From a virus (Duplodnaviria > Heunggongvirae > Uroviricota > Caudoviricetes), in IMG/VR virus record IMGVR_UViG_2639763139_000009: a stretch of DNA of 17,329 nucleotides; one strand, given 5' to 3'. The notes under the pieces are model-generated. The model saw nothing but the letters and a program-made list of their open reading frames with translations, made no database searches and was not told the origin of the DNA. The position numbers and the translations under genes are program-made. This document shows, one piece after another, positions 1-8,746 of this stretch (within the stretch, counting starts at the first letter, position 1; every line of letters begins with the position of its first letter).

Positions 1-303
1 TTAACGCGTATTTTTCAGCGACTCCTGTGCAAAATACGCTGTTGCTTTTTTTAATATATCTCGCTCAAGGCGAGCTTCATTTAACGCCTTACGCAGTTGC
101 AGAATTTCAGATTCCAGTTCAGCCACCGTGCGGGAACCAGGAGTACCGAGCCCTTTTCTGGCGGCGGTAACCCATTGTCCTAAAGTGCCTTCAGGAAGGG
201 ATAATCGGGAAGCGCCTTCACTGATCGAAAGTTGATTTTCAAGAACCGTTCTGACAGCTTCGGCTTTGAACTCTTTAGAGTAACGTTGGGTTTTTCTGCT
301 CAT
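1..303 (-). CDS. IS600 orfA (transposase N-terminal HTH protein)
   Basis: 100-aa ORF (MSRKTQRYSKEFKAEAVR...) with an HTH and a leucine-zipper-like C-terminus typical of IS3-family OrfA. An A7G slippery motif lies at its 3' end (seen in copy 2 at 13492-13499). Confidence 0.85.
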   Translation of the reverse strand: MSRKTQRYSKEFKAEAVRTVLENQLSISEGASRLSLPEGTLGQWVTAARKGLGTPGSRTVAELESEILQLRKALNEARLERDILKKATAYFAQESLKNTR

Positions 304-367
304 TATTAGCTCCTTCTGATGCCATTCTATTTCAGGAAGGAGTGTCCGTTAAACTCAGGCTACCTCA
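1..367 (-). mobile_element. IS600 (IS3 family), partial copy running off the left window edge; left inverted repeat ends at about 367
   Basis: The ORF at 1..303 (-) is a typical IS3-family orfA. Reverse complement of 354-367 is tgaggtagcctgag, an IS3-type TG... terminus. Window 1..52 is the exact reverse complement of 13492..13543, which lies in the second IS600 copy. Confidence 0.85.
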
Positions 368-830
368 CTTATTCTAAGCAACCGGGTAGCATCATACGGG
401 GCAATTATGGCCGCATTACCATACATGCAACTGTACATAGCTGATTACCTGGCTGACACCATGCATTTGTCAGCAGAGGAGCACGGCGCGTATTTGTTGC
501 TGATGTTCAATTACTGGCAAACAGGAAAGCCAATACCCAAAAACAGGTTGGCAAAAATTGCCCGTCTGACTAACGAGCGATGGGTTGATGTTGAACCATC
601 CTTGCGGGAGTTTTTTTGTGATAACGGCGACGAATGGATGCATCTTCGGATTGAGGAAGATCTGGCATCTGTCAGAGAAAAATTAACCAAAAAATCAGCC
701 GCAGGAAAAGCATCTGTTCAGGCCAGAAGAAGCAGAAAGGAAGCAGATGTTCAAACAAAACAAGAGAGAAATTTAACAGGTGTTCAAACAGATGTTGGAG
801 TGGTGTTCGAACATGATGCTGGATTTGCCC

Positions 831-1736
831 CTATATTTCCAGACATCTGTTATCACTTAACCCATTACAAGCCCGCTGCCGCAGATATTCCCGTGGCGAG
901 CGATAACCCAGCGCACTATGCGGATGCCATTCGTTATAATGCTCGAACGCCTCTGCAAGGTTCTTTGCTGCCGTTAACCCGTCTGGTTTGGGCATGATAC
1001 TGATGTAGTCACGCTTTATCGTTTTCACGAAGCTCTCTGCTATTCCGTTACTCTCCGGACTCCGCACCGCCGTGTTCTTCGGTTCAAGTCCCAACATCCG
1101 GGCGAACTGGCGTGTTTCATTAGCCCGGTAGCATGAACCATTATCCGTCAGCCACTCCACTGGAGACGACGGAAGATCGTTGCCGAAGCGGCGTTCCACC
1201 GCTCCCAGCATGACGTCCTGTACTGTTTCACTGTTGAAGCCGCCGGTAGTCACCGCCCAGTGCAGTGCCTCACGATCACAGCAGTCCAGCGCGAACGTGA
1301 CACGCAGTCTCTCTCCGTTATCACAGCAGAACTCGAACCCGTCAGAGCACCATCGCTGATTGCTTTCTTTCACGGCCACTCTGCCTGTATGTGCCCGTTT
1401 CGATGGCGGTACAGCAGGTTTTCGCTCAAGCAACAGCGCATTCTGGCGCATGAGCCGGTAAACACGTTTGGCATTGATCGCAGGCATACCATCAAGTTCT
1501 GCCTGTCTGCGAAGCAGCGCCCATACCCGACGATAACCATACGTGGGCAGCTCTCCGATAACATGGTGTATACGGAGAAGCACATCCGTATCATCAGTGT
1601 GACGACTGCGGCGGCCATCCATCCAGTCATCGGTTCGTCTGAGAATGACGTGCAACTGCGCACGCGACACCCGGAGACAACGGCTGACTAAGCTTACTCC
1701 CCATCCCCGGGCAATAAGGGCGCGTGCGCTATCCAC
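831..1736 (-). CDS. insD: IS2 OrfB (InsD) transposase, DDE catalytic domain
   Basis: 301-aa [41 protein letters not shown]... recognised as IS2 InsD. Overlaps insC as expected for frameshift-coupled IS3-family transposases. Confidence 0.9.
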
Positions 1737-2059
1737 TTTTTTGCCCGTCCATATTCAACGGCTTCTTTGAGGAGTTCATTTTCCATCGTTTTCTTGCCGA
1801 GCAGGCGCTGGAGTTCTTTAATCTGCTTCATGGCGGCAGCAAGTTCAGAGGCAGGAACAACCTGTTCTCCGGCGGCCACAGCAGTAAGACTTCCTTCCTG
1901 GTATTGCTTACGCCAGAGAAATAACTGGCTGGCTGCTACACCATGTTGCCGGGCAACGAGGGAGACCGTCATCCCCGGTTCAAAGCTCTGCTGAACAATT
2001 GCGATCTTTTCCTGTGTGGTACGCCGTCTGCGTTTCTCCGGCCCTAAGACATCAATCAT
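1694..2059 (-). CDS. insC: IS2 OrfA (InsC)
   Basis: Protein [56 protein letters not shown]... is recognised as IS2 InsC. The ORF-track start at 2104 is an upstream extension. Confidence 0.9.
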
Positions 2060-2897
2060 CTGTTCTCCAATGACTAGTCTAAAAACTAGTATTAAGACTA
2101 TCACTTAAATAAGTGATACTGGTTGTCTGGAGATTCAGGGGGCCAGTCTAGATGCCAACACAAAGGCAACTAATAAAGATACAGATAAAGATCTAAAAAC
2201 AGATCTAACCCATCCCAAACCCTTCCCTTCCGGAAGGGAGTTTCGGGATTTTGTGGCTGGAGTGCTTGAGGGGAGATTATCTGGCGGTACTGCAGCGGAA
2301 TTTTGTAATTCTGCGGTGGTTGCGTTGCAGGCTGCTGGCCTGGATGTCTGTCGTGAGTATCCGGTGCCAGAGCGTGGTGACGGTTGCGGAGGGCGGATTG
2401 ATATCGTCGTGACTGACAGGAACGGTGTCCGGTGTGGGATCGAGCTTGACCGAAATTCTCCGCGACAGAAATCACTGCTCAAAATCGGTGCTGTTGAAAC
2501 CGGGATATGTGTCTTGCGGCGCAGTGATATCGCAAGGCACACCGAGCAGGGAATTCTGGTTATCGGTGGGGCTGTTCGCCAGAAAAAATTTGACCCGTTG
2601 TCAGTTGATCTGCCCGACTGGTTGCCAGAAACACTCTGGCATGAGTGGGTCCAGTTCAGGCAGGCATTGCGAAAACCGATTCGAACGGAGCTGGGCGCTA
2701 ACGGGGCGATACGGGAACTGGAAAAATTCCGTCAGCAGGGTTTTACACCTGAGCAGGTGATTCGACACAGCATCGCCAATGAATACCAGGGTCTGTTCGC
2801 GCCGAAAGGTGTTCGGCCTGAGACGTTGCTCCGACAGGTTAACACCGTCTCGTTGCCGGACAGTGCGATCCCGCCAGGCTTCAGGGGGTAACAGACC

Positions 2898-3644
2898 ATG
2901 AAAAATATTGCGACAGGAGGCGTTCTGGAGCGTATCCGCAGACTGACCCCACCACATGTAACCGCCCCATTCAGAACGGTTGCGGAGTGGCGCGAGTGGC
3001 AACTTGCTGAAGGCCAGAAACGTTGCGAGGAGATCAACCGCCTGAATCGTCAGTTGCGGGTGGAAAAAATCCTGAACCGCTCCGGCATCCAGCCGTTGCA
3101 CCGGAAGTGTTCGTTTGCGAATTACCGGGCGCAGAACGACGGTCAGCGACATGCACTGAGTCAGGCGAAATCCATAGCTGACGAACTGATGACAGGCTGT
3201 ACGAATTTTGTGTTCAGCGGTAAGCCCGGCACCGGAAAAAATCATCTTGCAGCCGCGATTGGCAACCGGCTGATGGCGAAGGGGCGTAGCGTGATTATCG
3301 TCACCGTGTCCGATGTCATGAGCGTGTTGCATGAGAGCTACGACAACGGCAAATCCGGTGAAAAATTTTTACAGGAGCTTTGTGGTGTTGACCTGCTGGT
3401 CCTGGATGAAATTGGCATGCAGCGGGATACGAAAAACGAGCAGGTGGTACTGAACCAGATTGTTGATCGCCGGACGGCATCGTTACGCGGTGTGGGGATG
3501 CTGACAAATATTAACCATGCAGCGATGAATACACTTCTCGGCGAGCGGGTGATGGATCGCATGGTCATGAACGGCGGGCGCTGGGTGAATTTTAACTGGG
3601 AGAGCTGGCGTCCGAATGTTAGCCATTCGAGGGTTGTTAAGTAG
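2898..3644 (+). CDS. DnaC-like replicative helicase loader (phage replication protein, AAA+ ATPase)
   Basis: Walker A GKPGTGKNHLAAAIG and Walker B DLLVLDEIG are present. Overall similarity to E. coli DnaC and Rac YdaV as recalled. RBS agggggtaa lies upstream of the ATG. Confidence 0.85.
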   Translation: MKNIATGGVLERIRRLTPPHVTAPFRTVAEWREWQLAEGQKRCEEINRLNRQLRVEKILNRSGIQPLHRKCSFANYRAQNDGQRHALSQAKSIADELMTGCTNFVFSGKPGTGKNHLAAAIGNRLMAKGRSVIIVTVSDVMSVLHESYDNGKSGEKFLQELCGVDLLVLDEIGMQRDTKNEQVVLNQIVDRRTASLRGVGMLTNINHAAMNTLLGERVMDRMVMNGGRWVNFNWESWRPNVSHSRVVK

Positions 3645-3658
3645 TTTCAGGAGGATTT

Positions 3659-4081
3659 ATGGCGAAACCTTTTACTCCCGAACAGCGGGAAGAACTGAAG
3701 ACGCGAATTGTGGAACTCGTGCATCAGGACGGTCGGGTCACGATTCGGCAGTTGTCCGATGAAACAGGTATCAGTCGTGCGTCTGTCGGTCGCTTATGCA
3801 TAGAACTGGTCGCAAGTGGTGATGTATATAATTCTGGCTACGGCTTATTCCCGTCTGAACAGGCTCGCAAGGACTGGCAAAGCGCCCGCAAAAAACTCTC
3901 GAGAGTAAAGGTGAGGAAACCGGTTGTTGTTGATCCGGACCTTATCTGGTCATTACCTGACGGAGAAATACGCCGCTACGACAGGCGCCTGAATATAATC
4001 TGTCGCGAGTGCCGGAAGAGCGAAGCTATGCAGCGTGTACTGGCTTTCTATCAGGGTAATTTTCAGGAGGCGATACTGTGA
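3659..4081 (+). CDS. hypothetical phage protein with predicted N-terminal helix-turn-helix
   Basis: 140-aa ORF with a strong RBS (aggagg) 6 nt upstream. The VTIRQLSDETGISRASVGR segment is HTH-like. Confidence 0.6.
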   Translation: MAKPFTPEQREELKTRIVELVHQDGRVTIRQLSDETGISRASVGRLCIELVASGDVYNSGYGLFPSEQARKDWQSARKKLSRVKVRKPVVVDPDLIWSLPDGEIRRYDRRLNIICRECRKSEAMQRVLAFYQGNFQEAIL

Positions 4082-4138
4082 ATGAAATTAGCTATCAGGC
4101 TTCAATTACCGCTGGCATTCGCATCAAAGGAGAGGAGC

Positions 4139-4495
4139 ATGGAAATAAAACCAGAAGATGAGTTAAGCAATATCGTTTTATTTCCGATAAAAGAGGATGA
4201 CCCTCGTAATCAGGTTAATTTTCTTTATAAGCCATCGGAAAGACCATATTGCCATCACGCCTCTGTACGGGTTGACGAAAAAGAGCGTCAGGTCCGCTGT
4301 AAAATCTGCGGTGCGGTTGTGGAGCCGTTTGACTGGATGCTCTCTGTGGCAAAAAGAGAAACCAGACTGGCAGATGATGTAAGGCTATTGCGCCAGGAGG
4401 AACAGGAAAGGCGGAGAAATATAGAAAAGCTGATACAGATTGAGCGTAACGCGAAAGCGCGGATACGCAGGGCGACAAAATCCAGAACTGAATAA
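4139..4495 (+). CDS. hypothetical phage protein, Cys/His-rich (possible zinc-binding), basic coiled-coil C-terminus
   Basis: ORF in the track at 4082..4495. A better start is the ATG at 4139, preceded by aaggagaggagc. Contains CHH...CKICG. Confidence 0.5.
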   Translation: MEIKPEDELSNIVLFPIKEDDPRNQVNFLYKPSERPYCHHASVRVDEKERQVRCKICGAVVEPFDWMLSVAKRETRLADDVRLLRQEEQERRRNIEKLIQIERNAKARIRRATKSRTE

Positions 4496-4587
4496 TTAAA
4501 TTTAGCACTGTTAAAAATTTAATCCTTAACCGGAGGGATTTCTGCACCCTCAAATCATCAGGAGACCGCCCGAAAGGGCGGTAATGA

Positions 4588-4806
4588 ATGGTTACATTAT
4601 TTAGAAAAAAATATCCGCGAAAGAGTAGAACAACAGAATTCCTGTTTCTCATTCTGTTTATCGTGTTGATGACACCGATATCCCCGCAAATTTTTGTCTG
4701 GATAATCGGAAAAATAATTGAGCCAGTTATTGAATTGTATAACGACGTGGTATGGGCGTCATTCAACACACTGCACAATAAAATTAATCCGTATAAGGAA
4801 AGCTGA
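4588..4806 (+). CDS. small hydrophobic (membrane) protein, hypothetical
   Basis: 72-aa ORF with a hydrophobic core FLFLILFIVLMTPISPQIFVWIIG. Its stop lies 1 nt before the HNH gene start (tight coupling). No obvious RBS, so the call is weak. Confidence 0.35.
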   Translation: MVTLFRKKYPRKSRTTEFLFLILFIVLMTPISPQIFVWIIGKIIEPVIELYNDVVWASFNTLHNKINPYKES

Positions 4807-4807
4807 T

Positions 4808-5173
4808 ATGGCACTGACGAAAAAACAACGTGCAGAACTGCGCATGAAGTTCGGTGGTCGCTGCGCTTATTGCGGCTGCGAACTTGGCGAAAAGTGGCAT
4901 GCAGACCATGTAAAACCGGTCATTCGTTTTGATGGAAATATGCTTCACCAGGAACGTGACGATATATCCAACATGGTACCAGAATGCCACCCATGCAATC
5001 TGCACAAGCATTGCAGTAGCCTGGAAGATTATCGACGAATTATCAGTGATGGTCGTCGTGAATTCCTTGCGTCCGGGAAAGGCAAAGCGCTGGTTCGTAT
5101 GGGATTGGTTGAAATGAAATCTGACCCGGTTGTGTTCTGGTTTGAAAAATATCAAGAAGGGGCTACGGCATGA
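4808..5173 (+). CDS. HNH endonuclease
   Basis: CAYCGCEL...HADHVKP...CHPCNLHKH motifs. RBS aaggaaa. ATGA overlap with the next gene. Confidence 0.8.
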   Translation: MALTKKQRAELRMKFGGRCAYCGCELGEKWHADHVKPVIRFDGNMLHQERDDISNMVPECHPCNLHKHCSSLEDYRRIISDGRREFLASGKGKALVRMGLVEMKSDPVVFWFEKYQEGATA

Positions 5174-5835
5174 CTACTATTACCAAAGAGCGACTGCAAT
5201 GGCTGGCTAACATTTCTGGCCGCGATGATATTGACGATATAGACGGCGGTGAAATTCGTGAACTGGCGCTTATCGCTCTGGCATCACTGGAAGCAGAGCC
5301 TGTAGCGGAATGCATTGTTGAAGATGGGGGCATGTGTATTGACGGGTTCGGTGAGTATGTGGGTCACTCGCTGCCTGATGGAATGCATGAGCTTTATGCT
5401 GCCCCGCGAATGCGACAACCTGATGGATGGAAAGCCGTAGCTGTAGCGTGGAAGGTGACGTTTACTCAAGTTGACCAGGAATCTAATACGTTCACTGCTA
5501 TATATTTTTACAAAGCGGAAGTTGAGCGTTGGGTACGACTGCATAAAGCATGTGATTTTCGGGCAGATATAACACCGCTTTACGCAGCGCCGGCAGTGCC
5601 GGTTGCAGTAAACGACGACATGGCTTACGCATTCCATCACGCACTGTCAGATTCATCGCTTGGCTCTGATGAAATCGAAGAAATTAAAACCGGTTTGCGT
5701 GCTGCCTTTGCCAACGTCACTATCCAACCAGAGCCGATAGTGCCGGATGAAATCGGGCCAAACGATAGTAATACGTTTGATTATGTTGATGGCTGGAACG
5801 CCTGCCGCGCTGCCATGCTTAAGGGAGATAAATAA
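5170..5835 (+). CDS. hypothetical phage protein
   Basis: 221-aa ORF, translationally coupled with its neighbours on both sides (ATGA and TAATG overlaps). Confidence 0.6.
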   Translation: MTTITKERLQWLANISGRDDIDDIDGGEIRELALIALASLEAEPVAECIVEDGGMCIDGFGEYVGHSLPDGMHELYAAPRMRQPDGWKAVAVAWKVTFTQVDQESNTFTAIYFYKAEVERWVRLHKACDFRADITPLYAAPAVPVAVNDDMAYAFHHALSDSSLGSDEIEEIKTGLRAAFANVTIQPEPIVPDEIGPNDSNTFDYVDGWNACRAAMLKGDK

Positions 5836-6200
5836 TGATTAATCGAACCAAACTGGAGCACATTCTCGAATATGCCAGGCAGCAGAAATGTATTGGGCAA
5901 CTTTGTAAAATTCCACCAGGAGATATGGTTGAAATCGTGGAAATGGCCATGCGTAAGGCTGGCAACTCTCCGGTAACTCTGGCTGGCTGGATAAGCTGTA
6001 GTGATGCAGTTCCTGCTGAATATTGCGATGTGATTCTTCTCGATGATCTCGGGAATGTATTCCCCGGTTCCTGGGATAAGGTTTTTTGCCCCACTCGTGG
6101 CGGGAATAAGATGGCTTTTGTGGACAAAGACGGCGTTGAAGTAGAGAGCTCAACTCACTGGATGCCGCTACCGGAACCACCGCAGGAGGTGAATCAATGA
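5835..6200 (+). CDS. DUF551-like phage protein
   Basis: C-terminal motif GWISCSDAVP...HWMPLPEPP resembles the DUF551 signature (WISV.D.LP...WMPLP.PP) as I recall it. Confidence 0.55.
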   Translation: MINRTKLEHILEYARQQKCIGQLCKIPPGDMVEIVEMAMRKAGNSPVTLAGWISCSDAVPAEYCDVILLDDLGNVFPGSWDKVFCPTRGGNKMAFVDKDGVEVESSTHWMPLPEPPQEVNQ

Positions 6201-6280
6201 CCTGGCCTGAGGCATTCACCACGGTAGGAATTGCGATGGCGGTGGCGCTGGTGGTGTATTCGATTTGCCGTTGGGGTTAA
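6197..6280 (+). CDS. small membrane peptide (27 aa), hypothetical
   Basis: ATG at 6197 overlaps the upstream stop (ATGA). A perfect aggagg sits 7 nt upstream. Encodes MTWPEAFTTVGIAMAVALVVYSICRWG. A terminator follows directly. Below the ORF-track size cutoff. Confidence 0.5.
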   Translation: MTWPEAFTTVGIAMAVALVVYSICRWG

Positions 6281-6285
6281 CAAAC

Positions 6286-6317
6286 AAAAACCCCGGATTG
6301 ATGGTCCGGGGTTTTTG
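6286..6317 (+). terminator. rho-independent terminator
   Basis: ccccgg-attgatggt-ccgggg hairpin followed by ttttt. Confidence 0.8.
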
Positions 6318-6597
6318 AAGGAAACAAAACAGAAACAGCAATTGCCGTTACCTGTTGTTACCATGGCAAGTAAACGTATCTCAGGCGAGCGCATTGCGCC
6401 GTTCTGACGCAGATAAATTAGCCTGGATAGAAGGTGCTGGCAATAAAAAATAGCGTTTTCTTATCGGTATCGGTAAGATTGCTGCGGGTGCTTGAGGCTG
6501 TCTGCCTCGGGCATGCCACTGTAAGGCAGACAGAGAAAAGCCCCAGTTAACATTACGCGTCCTGCAAGACGCTTAACATTAATCTGAGGCCCAATCT

Positions 6598-6810
6598 ATG
6601 TCTCACAAATGTAGGTTAGCCTCTTACGTGCCGAAAGGCAAGGAGAAGCAGGCTATGAAGCAGCAAAAGGCGATGTTAATCGCCCTGATCGTCATCTGTT
6701 TAACCGTCATAGTGACGGCACTGGTAACGAGGAAAGACCTCTGCGAGGTACGAATCCGAACCGGCCAGACGGAGGTCGCTGTCTTCACAGCTTACGAACC
6801 TGAGGAGTAA
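6598..6810 (+). CDS. mok-like in-frame upstream reading frame of the hok locus
   Basis: 70-aa ORF that extends hok by 19 codons at the N-terminus, as in chromosomal mok/hok pairs (recalled as ~69 vs ~50 aa). Confidence 0.45.
   Translation: MSHKCRLASYVPKGKEKQAMKQQKAMLIALIVICLTVIVTALVTRKDLCEVRIRTGQTEVAVFTAYEPEE
6655..6810 (+). CDS. hok: Hok/Gef-family type I toxin (51 aa)
   Basis: MKQQKAMLIALIVICLTVIVTALVTRKDLCEVRIRTGQTEVAVFTAYEPEE is a transmembrane helix plus the conserved Hok C-terminal domain. Recalled as near-identical to HokD/RelF. Confidence 0.9.
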   Translation: MKQQKAMLIALIVICLTVIVTALVTRKDLCEVRIRTGQTEVAVFTAYEPEE

Positions 6811-6877
6811 GAGACCAGGCGGGGGAGAAATCCCTCGCCACCTCTCATGTGTCAGGCATCCTCAACGCACCCGCACT

Positions 6878-6902
6878 AAACCCGCTTCGGCGGGTTTTTT
6901 GT
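6878..6902 (+). terminator. rho-independent terminator at the 3' end of the hok transcript
   Basis: aaacccgc-ttcg-gcgggttt hairpin plus T-tract. Confidence 0.8.
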
Positions 6903-7086
6903 TGCGTGCTGAATACGCAGGGTGAAAAATAACCATATATTTGATTATATACACAACAAAAAATAAAAGTCATTGTACTTGCACATTAAACAATCAAATA
7001 TACGGCGTGAAATAAATATTTATCAGATTAATATTTTTGTCTCTATGTGGATATAACCGTTTGTACTTATAAACCTGGAGGCATCG

Positions 7087-7298
7087 TGGAAAAAATAAAG
7101 AAACTATTTAGTAGCAAATACGCAGTCATACGTCGTGATGACCTGTCAGTTATAGTCGAAATGGATTACTTCCCTGAAACCCCAAAATCAATAATGTATC
7201 GTAATGGTCGAAAGGCAATTTTTTTACCGATGAGGGTAAGTGACATTATGGGAAATGATAAACTGCTGGATGAATTGCGAGTCAGAGCATCCTGTTAG
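7087..7298 (+). CDS. small hypothetical prophage protein (Rem-like by position and size)
   Basis: GTG start 5 nt after ggagg. The ORF-track alternative is 7047..7298 (83 aa). Position after hok parallels the hokD-rem order of the Qin prophage as recalled. The stop codon lies within the IS1 target duplication, so the gene is intact. Confidence 0.45.
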
Positions 7299-7315
7299 TA
7301 GGTAATGACTCCAAC

Positions 7316-7819
7316 TTACTGATAGTGTTTTATGTTCAGATAATGCCCGATGACCTTGTCATGCAGCTCCACCGATTTTGAGAACGACAGTGACTTCCGT
7401 CCCAGCCTTGCCAGATGTTGTCTCAGATTCAGATTATGTCGCTCAATGCGCTGAGTGTAACGCTTGCTGATAACGTGCAGCTTTCCCTTCAGGCGTGATT
7501 CATACAGCGGCCAGCCATCCGTCATCCATACCACGACCTCAAAGGCCGACAGCAGGCTCAGAAGACGCTCCAGTGTGGCCAGAGTGCGTTCACCGAAGAC
7601 GTGCGCCACAACCGTCCTCCGTATCCTGTCATACGCGTAAAACAGCCAGCGCTGACGTGATTTAGCACCGACGTAGCCCCAATGTTCGTCCATTTCAGCG
7701 CAGACAATCACATCACTGCCCGGTTGTATGCGCGAGGTTACCGACTGCGGCCTGAGTTTTTTAAGTGACGTAAAACCGTGTTGAGGCCAACGCCCATAAT
7801 GCGTGCACTGGCGCGACAT
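7316..7819 (-). CDS. insB: IS1 InsB (transposase expressed as InsAB fusion by frameshift)
   Basis: 167-aa ORF overlapping the insA 3' end, typical IS1 organisation. Confidence 0.93.
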   Translation of the reverse strand: MSRQCTHYGRWPQHGFTSLKKLRPQSVTSRIQPGSDVIVCAEMDEHWGYVGAKSRQRWLFYAYDRIRRTVVAHVFGERTLATLERLLSLLSAFEVVVWMTDGWPLYESRLKGKLHVISKRYTQRIERHNLNLRQHLARLGRKSLSFSKSVELHDKVIGHYLNIKHYQ

Positions 7820-8013
7820 CCGACGCCATTCATGGCCATATCAATGATTTTCTGGTGCGTACCGGGCTGAGAGGCGGTGTAAGTGAACTGTAGTTGCCAT
7901 GTTTTACGGCAATGAGAGCAGAGATAGCGCTGATGTCCGGCAGTGCTTTTGCCGTTACGCACCACGCCTTCAGTAGCGGAGCAGGAAGGACATCTGATGG
8001 AAATGGAAGCCAC
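7738..8013 (-). CDS. insA: IS1 InsA
   Basis: 91-aa zinc-finger protein [40 protein letters not shown]... Confidence 0.93.
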   Translation of the reverse strand: MASISIRCPSCSATEGVVRNGKSTAGHQRYLCSHCRKTWQLQFTYTASQPGTHQKIIDMAMNGVGCRASARIMGVGLNTVLRHLKNSGRSR

Positions 8014-8146
8014 GCAAGCACCTTAAAATCACCATCATACACTAAATCAGTAAGTTGGCAGCATTACCCTGTTAGTATTGGCATTAATTCTGGTATACTA
8101 CATAACGGGCTGAACACCCATTCTACTGCGCCAGCGGAGAACTACG

Positions 8147-8746
8147 ATGGCGCATATACAACTGGTCAAACAAACCTCTTCCGGATTACTTCTCCCGGCG
8201 ACGCCGGAGAGTTGCGATTTTTTGCATCAAATCAAAATAGGTGAGTGGATACACGCAGACTTTAAGCGTGTGCGTAACTACGCATTCCACAAGCGTTTTT
8301 TCAAACTCCTGCAACTGGGATTTGATTACTGGACTCCGGTCGGTGGGGCGATCACGCCTCGCGAACGAAAACTGGTATCAGGCTTCGTTGATTACCTGTG
8401 CGAATCAGTAGGTCGGGAACACACTCCAGCCCTGAGTGATGCCGCAGAGCAATACCTTAATACAGTTGCGACATGCAGAACCCGGGATACGGCATTGCTA
8501 AAGTCGTTTGATGCTTTCCGCGAGTGGGTAACCATTCAGGCCGGATTTTACACCGAGCATATTTATCCTGATGGTAGTCGTGGGCGCAGGGCAAAATCTA
8601 TCGCATTTGCGAACATGGACGAAACCGAGTTTCAGCAGGTTTATAAATCTGTACTGAATGTGCTGTGGAACTGGATCCTGTTCCGTAAATTTTCCTCTCC
8701 GGAGCAAGTCGAAAATGTGGCCGCGCAGCTGCTGGAGTTTGCGTAA
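8147..8746 (+). CDS. nin-region hypothetical protein (possibly YbcN/YdfU-like)
   Basis: 199-aa ORF with RBS ggaga. Immediately upstream of the YbcO-like gene with TAATG coupling. Family assignment is by position only. Confidence 0.55.
   Translation: MAHIQLVKQTSSGLLLPATPESCDFLHQIKIGEWIHADFKRVRNYAFHKRFFKLLQLGFDYWTPVGGAITPRERKLVSGFVDYLCESVGREHTPALSDAAEQYLNTVATCRTRDTALLKSFDAFREWVTIQAGFYTEHIYPDGSRGRRAKSIAFANMDETEFQQVYKSVLNVLWNWILFRKFSSPEQVENVAAQLLEFA

Larger units (their letters stand above)
820..2150 (-). mobile_element. IS2, complete 1331-bp copy with 5-bp target site duplication gatgc (815-819 and 2151-2155)
   Basis: Terminal sequences tggatttgcccctatatttccagacatctgttatcacttaacc (820..) and ...ctggagattcagggggccagtcta (..2150) match recalled IS2 ends. 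Length 1331 bp. Flanked by identical 5-mers. Confidence 0.93.
407..2891 (+). pseudogene. DUF1376/YdaU-like phage replication-associated protein gene, interrupted by IS2 (5' part 407..819, 3' part 2156..2891)
   Basis: N-terminus MAALPYMQLYIADYLADTMHLSAEEHGAYLLLMFNYW matches the DUF1376 signature as I recall it. Reading frame 2 is kept across the insertion once IS2 plus one target-duplication copy (1336 bp) is removed. The 3' part ends 4 bp before the DnaC-like gene. Confidence 0.7.
7301..8068 (-). mobile_element. IS1, complete 768-bp copy with 9-bp target site duplication ctgttagta (7292-7300 and 8069-8077)
   Basis: Ends ggtaatgactccaacttactgat (7301..) and atcagtaagttggcagcattacc (..8068). 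insA/insB ORFs inside. Perfect 9-bp direct repeats flank it. Confidence 0.95.

Noticed and set aside
1260-1994. Plus-strand ORFs inside IS2 (1260..1691, 1724..1924, 1767..1994) and the minus-strand ORF 1370..1663
   Set aside because: They lie antisense to, or nested within, the well-defined insC/insD genes and have no independent signals.
2135-3568. Minus-strand ORFs 2135..2542, 2170..2475, 2601..3332, 2732..3037, 3316..3507, 3338..3568 and the plus-strand ORF 2425..2760
   Set aside because: All overlap the DUF1376-like 3' part or the DnaC-like gene, mostly in antisense; no RBS and no recognisable domains.
4215-5640. Minus-strand ORFs 4215..4814, 4784..5155, 5284..5640 and plus-strand ORFs 4197..4382, 4929..5117
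   Set aside because: They overlap the tightly coupled plus-strand operon (zinc-ribbon protein, HNH, hypothetical) and have no start signals.
6321-6654. relBE antitoxin/toxin genes expected upstream of a HokD-like gene
   Set aside because: No ORF of suitable size or sequence is present; the region is a structured non-coding leader, so the hok locus here is stand-alone.
7830-8244. ORFs 7830..8042 (-) and 7894..8244 (+), and their duplicates at 12716..12962
   Set aside because: They lie within IS1 antisense to, or overlapping, insA and read across the IS1 boundary; no support as genes.
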